Positions 19,097 through 27,570 are shown, counted from the stretch's first letter. The stretch: DNA of 43,925 nt from Actinomycetota bacterium (GCA_013152275.1 JAADGS010000032.1:1-43925), one strand, 5' to 3'. A program made the numbers and translations. Notes: generated from the sequence alone by a model not told the origin.

Positions 19097-19159
19097 TCAG
19101 GACCCGATTCTGCAGCCGTCCGAACAGTGGGCTACGCGAGGTACCGTGAAGCGCTTCAT
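19097..19159 (-). CDS. Putative 20-aa Cys/His peptide MKRFTVPRVAHCSDGCRIGS
   Basis: AAAGGAG SD 7 nt before the ATG; lies between the merA stop and the terminator. Confidence 0.55.
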   Translation of the reverse strand: MKRFTVPRVAHCSDGCRIGS

Positions 19160-19210
19160 GCGGTCTCTCCTTTCTTGGTCATCATCATTCATTATCCCAC
19201 AGCATAGGCA

Positions 19211-20857
19211 TCATGCAGCACAACAAGACAGGTTTCTGACGTCCTTGTTGAAGGTCTGGGCGGCGAGTTTGAGCGCCTCGGCCATCGTCAGATACGGGTG
19301 GAACATTCCGGCGATCTCATCGACCGTTGCGTGGTAGTGCATCGCCACGACCGCCGCCTGAATGACGTCACCGGCTCCCTCCGCCAGCATATGTGCGCCG
19401 AGCAACTCTCCGGTCGACTCATCGGCGACGAGCTTGATCACTCCGGCGGTGTCGCGGTTCACCAGCGCCCGGGGCACGGAATCGAGGGGAAGGATCGACG
19501 TCACGACCGGGCGTCCGGTCTCCCGCGCCGCCTCTTCCGTGAGGCCGACCGAAGCAATCGGAGGGCTCGTGAATGTGACACGCGGCATCGTGCGGAGGTC
19601 GATCGCGCGTCCCGCAGCGCGCAGCGCGTTCTCTGCGGCGATATTGCCGGAGGCGGCGGCGACGTAGACGAACTGCGGGATGGTGGTGACGTCGCCGGCT
19701 GCCCACACCGCCGGGTTCGAGGTGGCGAAGCTCGCATCGACGACGATTGAGCCGTGCTTGTCGGTTCCAACATCTGCAAAGTCGAGCCCAAGGTTCGCCG
19801 TGTTGGCCCGACGGCCCGTGGCGATCAGAAGCCGGTCGGCTTCCAGACGCGCGCCGGTGCCGCCGGTCTCGATCTCGAGCCATGTCCGGTCTCCGTCTGT
19901 GCCGGCGCGCCGTGCCACGGCATTCTCGTAGACCTGTCCGCCATCACTGACGAGGTTCCCGCGCAGCAGGTCGGAGATCTCGGGTTCTTCGAACGGGGCG
20001 ATCCGGTCCAACGCTTCGACCCAAGTGACCTTCGACCCGAGATGGGCGAAGAGCTGTCCGAGCTCGAGACCGATGGCATTGGCGCCGACGACGATCAGTT
20101 CCTCTGGCAGTTCCGTCAGCTCGAGAGCGGTCGTCGACGTCAGATAGTCCGTATCGTCGAGACCCTCGATCGGTGGCACCCACGGGGAGGCTCCTGTCGC
20201 GATGAGGTAGCGACCGGCTGTAATCGGTCGTCCATCGACCTCGACGGCATTTGGGCCGGTGAAGCGGGCGGTTCCTCTGATCAGATCGATGTCATAGACG
20301 TCGAGAAGATCGACGTACTTCTCCTGCCGGAGGACTCCGACGAGTTCATCCTTGGCTGCGATGAGGACGCCAAGGTCGAGATCACCGGCGAACGTCGCGA
20401 CTCCGGCGAACGGCGAGTGGCCGGCCTGGTGGTAGAGCTCCGCAGGTCGTAGCAACGCCTTGGACGGCACGCAACCGACGTTCACGCAAGTGCCGCCGAT
20501 GGTGCCCTTCTCGGCGATGGCGACGGACGCTCCGAGATCCCTCGCCTTGATCGCTGCGGCGAACGCCGCCGAACCCGAGCCGATGATCAGCAGGTCGTAG
20601 TCGTCGTCGCCCGAGGCGGTGATGTCCGCCGGCTCGTTGTCGGATGTGGAGACGGAGACGATCTCGTAGGTGGTCCCCTCCAGCGCATCGGTCGCCTTCG
20701 TCACGTCGAACGAACCTGTGTCGATTCCGGTTGCGAGCCCACGGCGCCAGTCGACTTCGAGATCCGTCAGGCCTGCCGAGGCAAGCACGCTCCCAACGTG
20801 GTGTTCGCAGCTGTCGCAGGTCATCCCCTTGACGCCGAGGGTGATCTTGGTACTCAT
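19211..20857 (-). CDS. merA: Mercuric reductase
   Basis: N-terminal GMTCDSC (NmerA), GGTCVNVGCVPSK, HPYLTMAE and C-terminal SCCAA. Confidence 0.96.
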   Translation of the reverse strand: MSTKITLGVKGMTCDSCEHHVGSVLASAGLTDLEVDWRRGLATGIDTGSFDVTKATDALEGTTYEIVSVSTSDNEPADITASGDDDYDLLIIGSGSAAFAAAIKARDLGASVAIAEKGTIGGTCVNVGCVPSKALLRPAELYHQAGHSPFAGVATFAGDLDLGVLIAAKDELVGVLRQEKYVDLLDVYDIDLIRGTARFTGPNAVEVDGRPITAGRYLIATGASPWVPPIEGLDDTDYLTSTTALELTELPEELIVVGANAIGLELGQLFAHLGSKVTWVEALDRIAPFEEPEISDLLRGNLVSDGGQVYENAVARRAGTDGDRTWLEIETGGTGARLEADRLLIATGRRANTANLGLDFADVGTDKHGSIVVDASFATSNPAVWAAGDVTTIPQFVYVAAASGNIAAENALRAAGRAIDLRTMPRVTFTSPPIASVGLTEEAARETGRPVVTSILPLDSVPRALVNRDTAGVIKLVADESTGELLGAHMLAEGAGDVIQAAVVAMHYHATVDEIAGMFHPYLTMAEALKLAAQTFNKDVRNLSCCAA

Positions 20858-20895
20858 TGTCTTCTCCGCTCGTGGTCGTAAGACAGAGTACTCAG

Positions 20896-20915
20896 ATATT
20901 GTGTTAATGCAATCA
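20896..20915 (-). promoter_or_regulatory. ArsR/SmtB-type operator upstream of merA
   Basis: ATATTG-tgttaatg-CAATCA; overlaps TTGCAT (-35-like) on the minus strand. Confidence 0.55.
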
Positions 20916-21287
20916 GTCCTGGTTCATAGGTTGTTCGGTCATCACGATGCGGCACGACCCGATATCGCCAGTGGTCGTGTCGAGGAATCCTTTGCCGAGA
21001 TCGAGCAGAGCGACAACTCGCGCGTTCGTAACCCGGTACTCCACGATACGGCCGCGCCGTACGCTTTCGAGGTATCCGCACCACTCGAGGCACGCGAGAT
21101 GTTGTGAGACGCGTCCCTGGGAGAGGCCGACTTCTTCGACGATCTCCTTTTGGCTTCGAGGGCCTTTCAGGAGAAGCTGAAGAATGCGGATCCGGGTTGC
21201 GTCACCGAGCCCTCGGAAGATGCGGGCGATGAGTTCCTCGTCGGGGAGCGGAACCGGGGTTGCTTCGATGATGGCTGGTCGTCCCAT
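20913..21287 (-). CDS. ArsR/SmtB family metalloregulator (probable Hg-responsive repressor)
   Basis: FRGLGDATRIRIL, SQGRVSQHLACLEWCGY and a C-terminal GSC; immediately upstream of merA. Confidence 0.9.
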   Translation of the reverse strand: MGRPAIIEATPVPLPDEELIARIFRGLGDATRIRILQLLLKGPRSQKEIVEEVGLSQGRVSQHLACLEWCGYLESVRRGRIVEYRVTNARVVALLDLGKGFLDTTTGDIGSCRIVMTEQPMNQD

Positions 21288-21315
21288 GAAGTCTCCGATC
21301 GTTGTTGCCGGGGAG

Positions 21316-21335
21316 ATATCGACGATAGCGCATAC
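21316..21335 (-). promoter_or_regulatory. ArsR-type operator upstream of the regulator
   Basis: ATATCG-acgatagc-GCATAC, same geometry as the sites at 20896 and 22011. Confidence 0.45.
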
Positions 21336-21353
21336 GTTGTTGGGGCGATGGGC

Positions 21354-21971
21354 TCACACGACCGTGCTGCCGGTGACGGCGTAGGTGCCCGGTCCGCAAC
21401 GTGGGCATGCGATCTGTTGGGCGAGGGCCGACTGCAACTGTCGGCGAGCACGGCGAAGCCTGGCTTTTACAGCGTCTTCGGAGATTCCGAGACGTGTCGC
21501 GGTTTCGGCGGTCGAGAAGCCCCAGCCGAGGCGAAGAACGACGACGCCGGCCTGTCCCTTGGGTAGTTCATGAATGGCCAAGGCGGTCCGGCATCCCAGT
21601 ATCGAGATATCGAAGGCATCGGCAGGCCGGCTTGCACCGGGAATGTCTTCGGGGATGGCATCGGACGAACAGGTGGGAGGTTTCCTTCTGCGTCTGACAT
21701 CGAGGCAGGTATTGCGTGCCACCGCGAAGATCCATGTGCCGATCGTCGAGTCACCTCGGAACCGAGGGATGCCTCTGAGGATGCGCTCGTTGATCTCCTG
21801 GATGGCGTCCTCGCTTTCTCCGGGTGACACCATTCGGTGTGCACACCTCCAGAGTCGCTCTTGGTAGCGGCTCAACAGTTCACCGAGCCAGTCGCGGTCG
21901 TCATAGAGCGCCGCGGCCGTGAACTGTTCGTCCGTCAGTGTCGTCCAATTCGGCCTGGGAGTCGTGGCCAT
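21354..21971 (-). CDS. ECF sigma-70 factor with C-terminal CxxC extension
   Basis: SEDAIQE, FRGDSTIGTWIFAVARN, STAETATRLGISEDAVKARLRRAR; tail IACPRCGPG. Confidence 0.88.
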   Translation of the reverse strand: MATTPRPNWTTLTDEQFTAAALYDDRDWLGELLSRYQERLWRCAHRMVSPGESEDAIQEINERILRGIPRFRGDSTIGTWIFAVARNTCLDVRRRRKPPTCSSDAIPEDIPGASRPADAFDISILGCRTALAIHELPKGQAGVVVLRLGWGFSTAETATRLGISEDAVKARLRRARRQLQSALAQQIACPRCGPGTYAVTGSTVV

Positions 21972-22007
21972 GGTGATCGTTGGCTCCGGTAGGTTGCTGA
22001 CGCGTCG

Positions 22008-22033
22008 ATAATATTGTAGTGAGCGAATGTTAT
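22008..22033. promoter_or_regulatory. Operator in the divergent ECF / transporter promoter
   Basis: ATAATATT-gtagtgagcg-AATGTTAT imperfect palindrome in an AT-rich gap. Confidence 0.55.
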
Positions 22034-22063
22034 ATTGCCGGAGCCCGATGAGATACGGAGGTC

Positions 22064-22342
22064 ATGCCCGTGACGAACAGGTCTTCGTCCCGGCCGCGTT
22101 CGAGACAGGACGCGGCGGCGAGAGCCGGTGGTGTCGGTGGGGCGATCGCCTTGGCGTTGTGCTGTGGGGGCGCTCTGCTGGCCGCGGCATTGGGGCTCGG
22201 AGCGGTCGCTGCGTTTCTCATCGCTCCGTGGTTCATCATTCCTGTGGTCCTCTTGGCCGCAGGGATCGCCTACCGACGTTCGGTGAGACGCAAGCCGACG
22301 TGTGAAGTTCGACCGACTGCTCAGGAAAGGAAGCGGCGATGA
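22064..22342 (+). CDS. Small Mer-type (MerF/MerT-like) membrane protein
   Basis: Vicinal Cys pair in TM1 (ALALCCGG), a second TM segment, Cys in the tail (PTCEV); GGAGG SD; mer context. Confidence 0.65.
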   Translation: MPVTNRSSSRPRSRQDAAARAGGVGGAIALALCCGGALLAAALGLGAVAAFLIAPWFIIPVVLLAAGIAYRRSVRRKPTCEVRPTAQERKRR

Positions 22343-22965
22343 GTGAAAAGCAGAAGGCCCGGCGGCAACGCCGTCGCGCCGAACGAGCCGCCGGCGGTGG
22401 CGGAGCGAGCCGGAGATGGTGGATAGTCGGCGGCATCGGCGTCGTCGTGCTCGTAGCGGTCTCTGTGGCGTTCGCGTTGTCCCGGAGTCCGCAGGCGTCG
22501 ACAGGGCCGAGTCCGCAGGCGTCGACAGGGCCGAGTGCGGCGGCGTCGACAGGGGCGAGTGCGGCGGCCGACGTGGTGCTGCAGGATTTCGAGGGCAACC
22601 CCGTGACCATATCGAGTCTGGAGGGCCGGCCTCTTGTCATCAATTTCTGGGCCTCGTGGTGCCCGGCATGCTTCTCTGAGATGCCGAGTCTCGAGAAGGT
22701 CTACCAGGCCCATCGCGATTCGGTCCAGTTCCTCGGCATCAATCTCGGTAATGACATCGAAGCGGCCATGAGCGTCGTCGAGCAGACCGGTGTCACCTAT
22801 CCACTGGCGAGGGATCCGCAAGGCGAGACGTATGCCGAGTTCGGAGGCTATGGGATGCCGACAACGGTTTTCCTGGATGGGGATGGGCGCGTGATCGAGC
22901 TCTACACCGGTGAGCTCACGGTCGATGAGCTCGAAACCCGGATCGTCAAGTACTTCGAGAGCTGA
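22339..22965 (+). CDS. Membrane-anchored TlpA/ResA-like thioredoxin
   Basis: One N-terminal TM; LVINFWASWCPAC and GMPTTVF motifs. Confidence 0.9.
   Translation: MSEKQKARRQRRRAERAAGGGGASRRWWIVGGIGVVVLVAVSVAFALSRSPQASTGPSPQASTGPSAAASTGASAAADVVLQDFEGNPVTISSLEGRPLVINFWASWCPACFSEMPSLEKVYQAHRDSVQFLGINLGNDIEAAMSVVEQTGVTYPLARDPQGETYAEFGGYGMPTTVFLDGDGRVIELYTGELTVDELETRIVKYFES
22485..22568 (+). repeat. 24-bp in-frame tandem repeat (about 3.5 copies) in the TlpA linker
   Basis: GAGTCCGCAGGCGTCGACAGGGCC x2 followed by diverged copies (SPQASTGP/SAAASTGA). Confidence 0.88.
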
Positions 22966-23831
22966 TGATCCTCACTGCAGCACTTCTGTTCGCGTTTGTC
23001 GCCGGCATGGTCGCCACCGTCAACCCGTGCGGATTCGCGATGCTGCCCGCGTACGTGTCCATGTTCCTCGGTGGCAACGAAGGCGACGAAGCCCCTCCCG
23101 GCGTTGTGACGGGACTTCGAGTCGGCTTCTCTGTCACAGTCGGTTTCTTGGTGTTGTTCAGTGCCGTCGGTCTCCTGGTATCGGCGGGTCTCCAATGGAT
23201 GCTCAGTTTTGTGCCGTGGGTTGCGTTGGTCATCGGCGCATCGCTCCTTGGGATCGGCATCGCGGTGATACGCGGGTATCACCTCACCGCACGAGTCATC
23301 GGCATGAAGAAAAGGCAAGGCCGATCGTTTCTGGCCATGGCAGGATTCGGTGTTGCGTTTGGAACGGCGTCGATCTCGTGCACGCTTCCGATCTTCCTTG
23401 CAGTCGTCGGCCTTTCGGCAAGAACTCCGAGTCTTGTGTATGGCTGGTCGGTCTTCGTTGCCTACGCCGTGGGTATGGGTGTCGTGCTGGCCGCCATCGC
23501 CGTGGCGCTCGCGACATCCCGCCAGGTTCTCGTGACACGTATGCAGAGGATTCTTCCGTACGTTGAACGAATCGGAGGATGGTTACTCGTCGCATCGGGT
23601 CTCTTCATCATGTACTACTGGGCGATATCGCTGTTCGTCAAGCCCGGTCAGGACTCGATCCTCTACCGGCCGATCTTCTACGTGGGAGGAGTCTCGGCGT
23701 GGTTCACGAACAGCATCGGGAATACGCCGATACGCTGGGCCGGCGGCTTCGTCGCCGTGATCGTCGCGATCGGCGTTGCCGAGGCCATCCGCGTTCGGCG
23801 GCGCCGTCGAGCCAAGGAGATCGCATCGTGA
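22965..23831 (+). CDS. ccdA: CcdA/DsbD-type transmembrane electron transporter
   Basis: NPCGFAMLPAY and SISCTLP Cys motifs; multiple TM segments. Confidence 0.88.
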   Translation: MILTAALLFAFVAGMVATVNPCGFAMLPAYVSMFLGGNEGDEAPPGVVTGLRVGFSVTVGFLVLFSAVGLLVSAGLQWMLSFVPWVALVIGASLLGIGIAVIRGYHLTARVIGMKKRQGRSFLAMAGFGVAFGTASISCTLPIFLAVVGLSARTPSLVYGWSVFVAYAVGMGVVLAAIAVALATSRQVLVTRMQRILPYVERIGGWLLVASGLFIMYYWAISLFVKPGQDSILYRPIFYVGGVSAWFTNSIGNTPIRWAGGFVAVIVAIGVAEAIRVRRRRRAKEIAS

Positions 23832-25198
23832 CCGAATCCACAGACGTCGACACGATCGTCATCGGCGGTGGAATGGCCGGTCTCCCGTTCGCGCTGCGTG
23901 CCGCTCGGCGGGGTTCGACGGTGCTCATCGAAGGTGATCTCCTCGGAGGTACCTGTCTGAACCGGGGATGCATCCCGACCAAGACGATGATCCACTCTGC
24001 CAAGGTCGCGCATCTGGCGCGGCGCGCCGACGAATTCGGGATCGACGTGGGACCGGTTTCTGTCGACCTGGGCCGGATCGTCGACCGCAAAGATGCGATC
24101 GTCGAAGCCGTCAGGAATGGGTCGTATCGGGCGGCGGAGCGAGCGACGAATCTCACGCTTGTCGAGAACTGGGCCCGGTTCGTGGGACCGCACGCCGTCG
24201 AGGCCGGAGGGGCCGTGTACCGGGCCGCCCGGATCGTGATCAACACGGGCGCTCGTCCAACCGTGCCCGATCTGCCGGGGATCGGCGAGGTGCCGACTCT
24301 CGACTCGACGGCCGCGTTGGATCTTCGTGAGGCGCCGGAGCATCTGATCGTGATGGGCGGCGGCTATGTGGGCTGTGAGTTCGCCCAGATGTACCGCAGA
24401 TTCGGATCTCGGGTAACGGTGGTCCATCGCCGATCGCGTCTGCTTCCAGCCGAGGATCCCGAGGCCTCCGAAGTCGTCGAGCGTGTGTTCCTGCGTGAGG
24501 GCATCGAGTTGTTGCTCGGCGAGGAACCCACCGCGGTACGCGCGGCAAACGGCTGCATCGAGCTGTCCGTCGGTGGACGTGATGTCGGGGCGTCGCATCT
24601 CCTCGTGGCGGTCGGGAGAACACCCAACACGTCACGGCTCGGCCTCGAGATACCGGGTGTGGCGGTCGATGATGGGGGATTCATCGTCGCCTCCGAACGG
24701 TTCGAAACGTCGGCTGCCGGTGTCTACGCGATCGGCGATGTGATCGGACCACCACTGTTCACGCACTCGGCGAGAGACGACGCAGCGCTTCTCGCGCGAC
24801 ATCTGTTCAACGGAGAGGACATCACGACGTCGACACGACTGGTCCCACATGCCGTGTTCACCGACCCCGAGGTCGCCACATTCGGGATGACGCACGCCGA
24901 AGCGGAGACACGGTACGGCGAAGCGGCAGTGGGGGTCGAGAACTTCCGCGGCGTGGCCAGAGCGAAGGCGATCGGTGAGACGGACGGGTTCGTCAAGATC
25001 GTCACCAGGCCCGATCGAGTGATCGTCGGAGCCACGATCGTCGGACCCGATGCCGGGAACCTCATCCACGAACTCGTCGTCGCCGCGTACGCGGGGCTCA
25101 CCGTCGACCAGGTGCGCAACGCGATCCACATCCATCCCACGCTGGCAGAAGCGGTGAACGCCGCCGCCGGAGGGGTCCACCGACCAACAACGGCGTGA
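23828..25198 (+). CDS. Class I pyridine nucleotide-disulfide oxidoreductase (LPD/MerA-like, no C-terminal CC)
   Basis: IGGGMAG, GGTCLNRGCIPTK, GGGYVGCE and HIHPTLAE; GTGA-coupled to ccdA. Confidence 0.9.
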   Translation: MTESTDVDTIVIGGGMAGLPFALRAARRGSTVLIEGDLLGGTCLNRGCIPTKTMIHSAKVAHLARRADEFGIDVGPVSVDLGRIVDRKDAIVEAVRNGSYRAAERATNLTLVENWARFVGPHAVEAGGAVYRAARIVINTGARPTVPDLPGIGEVPTLDSTAALDLREAPEHLIVMGGGYVGCEFAQMYRRFGSRVTVVHRRSRLLPAEDPEASEVVERVFLREGIELLLGEEPTAVRAANGCIELSVGGRDVGASHLLVAVGRTPNTSRLGLEIPGVAVDDGGFIVASERFETSAAGVYAIGDVIGPPLFTHSARDDAALLARHLFNGEDITTSTRLVPHAVFTDPEVATFGMTHAEAETRYGEAAVGVENFRGVARAKAIGETDGFVKIVTRPDRVIVGATIVGPDAGNLIHELVVAAYAGLTVDQVRNAIHIHPTLAEAVNAAAGGVHRPTTA

Positions 25199-25516
25199 TG
25201 GCCGATCGGCGGACCTGCCGCGACGACACGGGGCGTCGTTGCCGGTGTCGGTCCGAAGGGGTCGCCCTACGGTCGGGGCACACCATGGGTTCGTGCACCT
25301 CGAGGATCCTGCCGGGGGTATGCCGTTCGGTGATCGGTGCGATCCGAGTAGTCCGGTGACACGTTTTCTCGGGCCTGGGGACACCGGGCGAGACCAACTC
25401 CTCCGCCTCGGTCGACGGAATGTCGGATCGTGAACGGAATTGTGTCGTCCGGAGCGACACGTTTCCGCCCGACCTTCGACTCAATCGTTGGGACCATACA
25501 CAAAGGAGGTGGCCCC

Positions 25517-25984
25517 ATGAGTTGGTTGAAGAAGAACACCAAGACCGAGCGGAAAGCATCGGCTCCTGCCCCCGCATCCCAGGGTGGACAAGCCGGCATG
25601 GACCAGATGGTTCGGATGCTGGCTGCCGCGCCGGAGGATCGGCGGACAATGATGCTCGGAGATCGCCTCGCCGTGTTCGCCGGTCAAGACGAAGCGTCTC
25701 GCGAGCGCGCCATGAAGGGGATGCTCGCCGCAGCGTTGCAGCTTCCCGAAGACGGCTACCGGAAGATCGCCGCGTCACGCTTCAAGGCGTTGAACGGGCT
25801 CGATGCCGATACCCGGATGACGCTGATGAAGTCGCACGCCGCCGTGGTCAAGTCGTTGCCGGCCGACCAGCAGCAGAGGGAGATGAAAACGATGAAGCAG
25901 ATCGTCTCCGCCCTGCCGGAAGCCGAACGTGGCCGGATGATGGCCATGATGCAGAACCTCGGGCTGATGGGAGAGGCGGGATGA
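25517..25984 (+). CDS. Hypothetical soluble Met-rich helical-repeat protein (155 aa)
   Basis: AAAGGAGG SD; 17 Met, no Cys; 19-residue periodicity. Confidence 0.8.
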   Translation: MSWLKKNTKTERKASAPAPASQGGQAGMDQMVRMLAAAPEDRRTMMLGDRLAVFAGQDEASRERAMKGMLAAALQLPEDGYRKIAASRFKALNGLDADTRMTLMKSHAAVVKSLPADQQQREMKTMKQIVSALPEAERGRMMAMMQNLGLMGEAG

Positions 25985-26172
25985 GCACGCCGGCGAAGTT
26001 CATCGCCGCCTATCTCGGAGTCCTCGTCTTGATGCTGACCTGGTGGTCGACGCTCAGGGCGTCGGGGTCGGTCGGGCAGATTTGGCTCGTCGTGGCAGCG
26101 TACGGTGCGCTGCTCGCCGTGTGGGGTGTCCTGGTGCGGTGGGGACGATCACAGGAAGAGGGGACGAAGTGA
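25981..26172 (+). CDS. Hypothetical 63-aa two-TM membrane protein
   Basis: MSTPAKFIAAYLGVLVLMLTWW...IWLVVAAYGALLAVWGVLV; ATGA and GTGA overlaps with both neighbours; GAGG SD. Confidence 0.7.
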   Translation: MSTPAKFIAAYLGVLVLMLTWWSTLRASGSVGQIWLVVAAYGALLAVWGVLVRWGRSQEEGTK

Positions 26173-27386
26173 CCGTCGACTGGCCGGCGATCGTCGGTGT
26201 GAGCCTCATCAGTGCCGTCTTGACACTCATGCTCTTCCCGTTCGCCGAACGGAAGGACTACCTGAAGAGCCGGCCACCATCGTTCATCGCCGGGGTGCTG
26301 TTCATGCCGTTGTTCGTCGCGATTGCCGTCATGCTGCAAACGGGCTGGGCCGATGCCGCCAAGGCAACGGTACTGGTCGTTCTCTTCCTCGGGTTCTGGG
26401 CATCGGCCGCGTGGCTGGTGCGCACCCCGATCGAGGGTGCCTATGTTCGTGGCCTCGAGTTCGGGCCGGGTCTGAACTTCCGGCCAGATCTCATCCTGCC
26501 CGGCGGAGTGATGTTGGTGAAGGGCATCATCCTCACCGGGGTGGGGACGTTGATCGCCGTTCAGGGCGTCTTCGGGCTGCCGAAATGGAGCTGGTCGGGG
26601 TTCATCCTTGCGTTCATCGGCATCATCACGATCATCCCCATCCGGGGAATGGCCAAGATGATCGCTCGAAGAGAGCGGTTCCTCGGCAACGACCCGCGCT
26701 GGCAGGTACCGGTGCGCTGGGCGCTGCTGGTCGGTGGCCTTGCGGTCCTGCTCTACGGTTTTCTGAGCGCGTTCATGGGAGGGACGCCCTTCGTCGATCT
26801 CCTCCCGAAGGCCGAGCTTTCCTGGCTCTCGGTCATCCTCCTCGTTGCCTCGTCCGCGTCGCTGTGGATCCGGGAAGTACGGAAGGCGAATCTCCTCGAG
26901 GGAACCGAGACCATGGCACAGCGGTTCGCATCGAACCTGTGGCTGTACCTGTCCGTCCTCGCCTACATGTATGGATTCATCGTGCTCTTCATGGGCACGT
27001 ATATGTACCCACACCCGGGAACGAATCCGTGGGGTGTGGTGCTCGGAGCCGGGTTGTTCATTGCGGGGCTGTCGCTGATGATCGGGTTCCGGCCGTTCGC
27101 GACCAGGAATGAGCTGAGCGGGACGATCGGCATCATGGTCGGGATGCTCGCGGCCCTCGAGAAGGAGGAGCGATGGAAGATGATGATGAGTCGCATCCGC
27201 ACCATCGCCGCATATCCGACCATCCAGTGCACCTGGCATGTCGGCACCATGGCCTCGGCTCTCGATGGGTTGTCGACGGTCGATCGGGAGCGTGTCGAGA
27301 CGACTCGCAACGAGGTGATGATGTCGCTGTCGAGTCAGGAACGGCAGGCGATGATGATCGCCATGGATCGACTTCGGGTCGCCTGA
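26169..27386 (+). CDS. Hypothetical polytopic membrane protein (about 9 TM) with C-terminal Met-rich repeat domain
   Basis: Many hydrophobic segments; tail is homologous to the 25517 protein. Confidence 0.82.
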   Translation: MTVDWPAIVGVSLISAVLTLMLFPFAERKDYLKSRPPSFIAGVLFMPLFVAIAVMLQTGWADAAKATVLVVLFLGFWASAAWLVRTPIEGAYVRGLEFGPGLNFRPDLILPGGVMLVKGIILTGVGTLIAVQGVFGLPKWSWSGFILAFIGIITIIPIRGMAKMIARRERFLGNDPRWQVPVRWALLVGGLAVLLYGFLSAFMGGTPFVDLLPKAELSWLSVILLVASSASLWIREVRKANLLEGTETMAQRFASNLWLYLSVLAYMYGFIVLFMGTYMYPHPGTNPWGVVLGAGLFIAGLSLMIGFRPFATRNELSGTIGIMVGMLAALEKEERWKMMMSRIRTIAAYPTIQCTWHVGTMASALDGLSTVDRERVETTRNEVMMSLSSQERQAMMIAMDRLRVA

Positions 27387-27474
27387 GGCGCGTGTTGCCC
27401 GACGTGTGACACGGGCGCTCTTGCACGTGGACGAGTGCGCCACGCCGTACCGATTCATCGTTCCGAGAATGTAC

Positions 27475-27505
27475 TTGACCTTCAAGTTGCTCGAAGGTGT
27501 ACGGT
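27475..27505 (+). promoter_or_regulatory. MerR-type promoter with dyad operator
   Basis: -35 TTGACC, 19-bp spacer, -10 TACGGT. Dyad ACCTTCA-N7-CGAAGGT has CueR-box geometry. Confidence 0.85.
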
Positions 27506-27570
27506 CGGTGTCGTCGGCGTGCACCGACGGGAGATTCGGCCGGAGAGTCGGGATAGCAGGTGGTGGTGAG

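Noticed and set aside
22485..22568. CRISPR-like repeats (also 11233-11310 and 43813-43925)
   Set aside because: In-frame coding repeats without spacers, or only two copies; no cas genes.
23828..25198. Second merA
   Set aside because: Lacks the C-terminal Cys pair and NmerA; has an LPD-like His-Glu motif.
26010..27524. 504-aa minus-strand His-rich ORF
   Set aside because: Antisense artefact of ATG/GTG-rich membrane protein codons.
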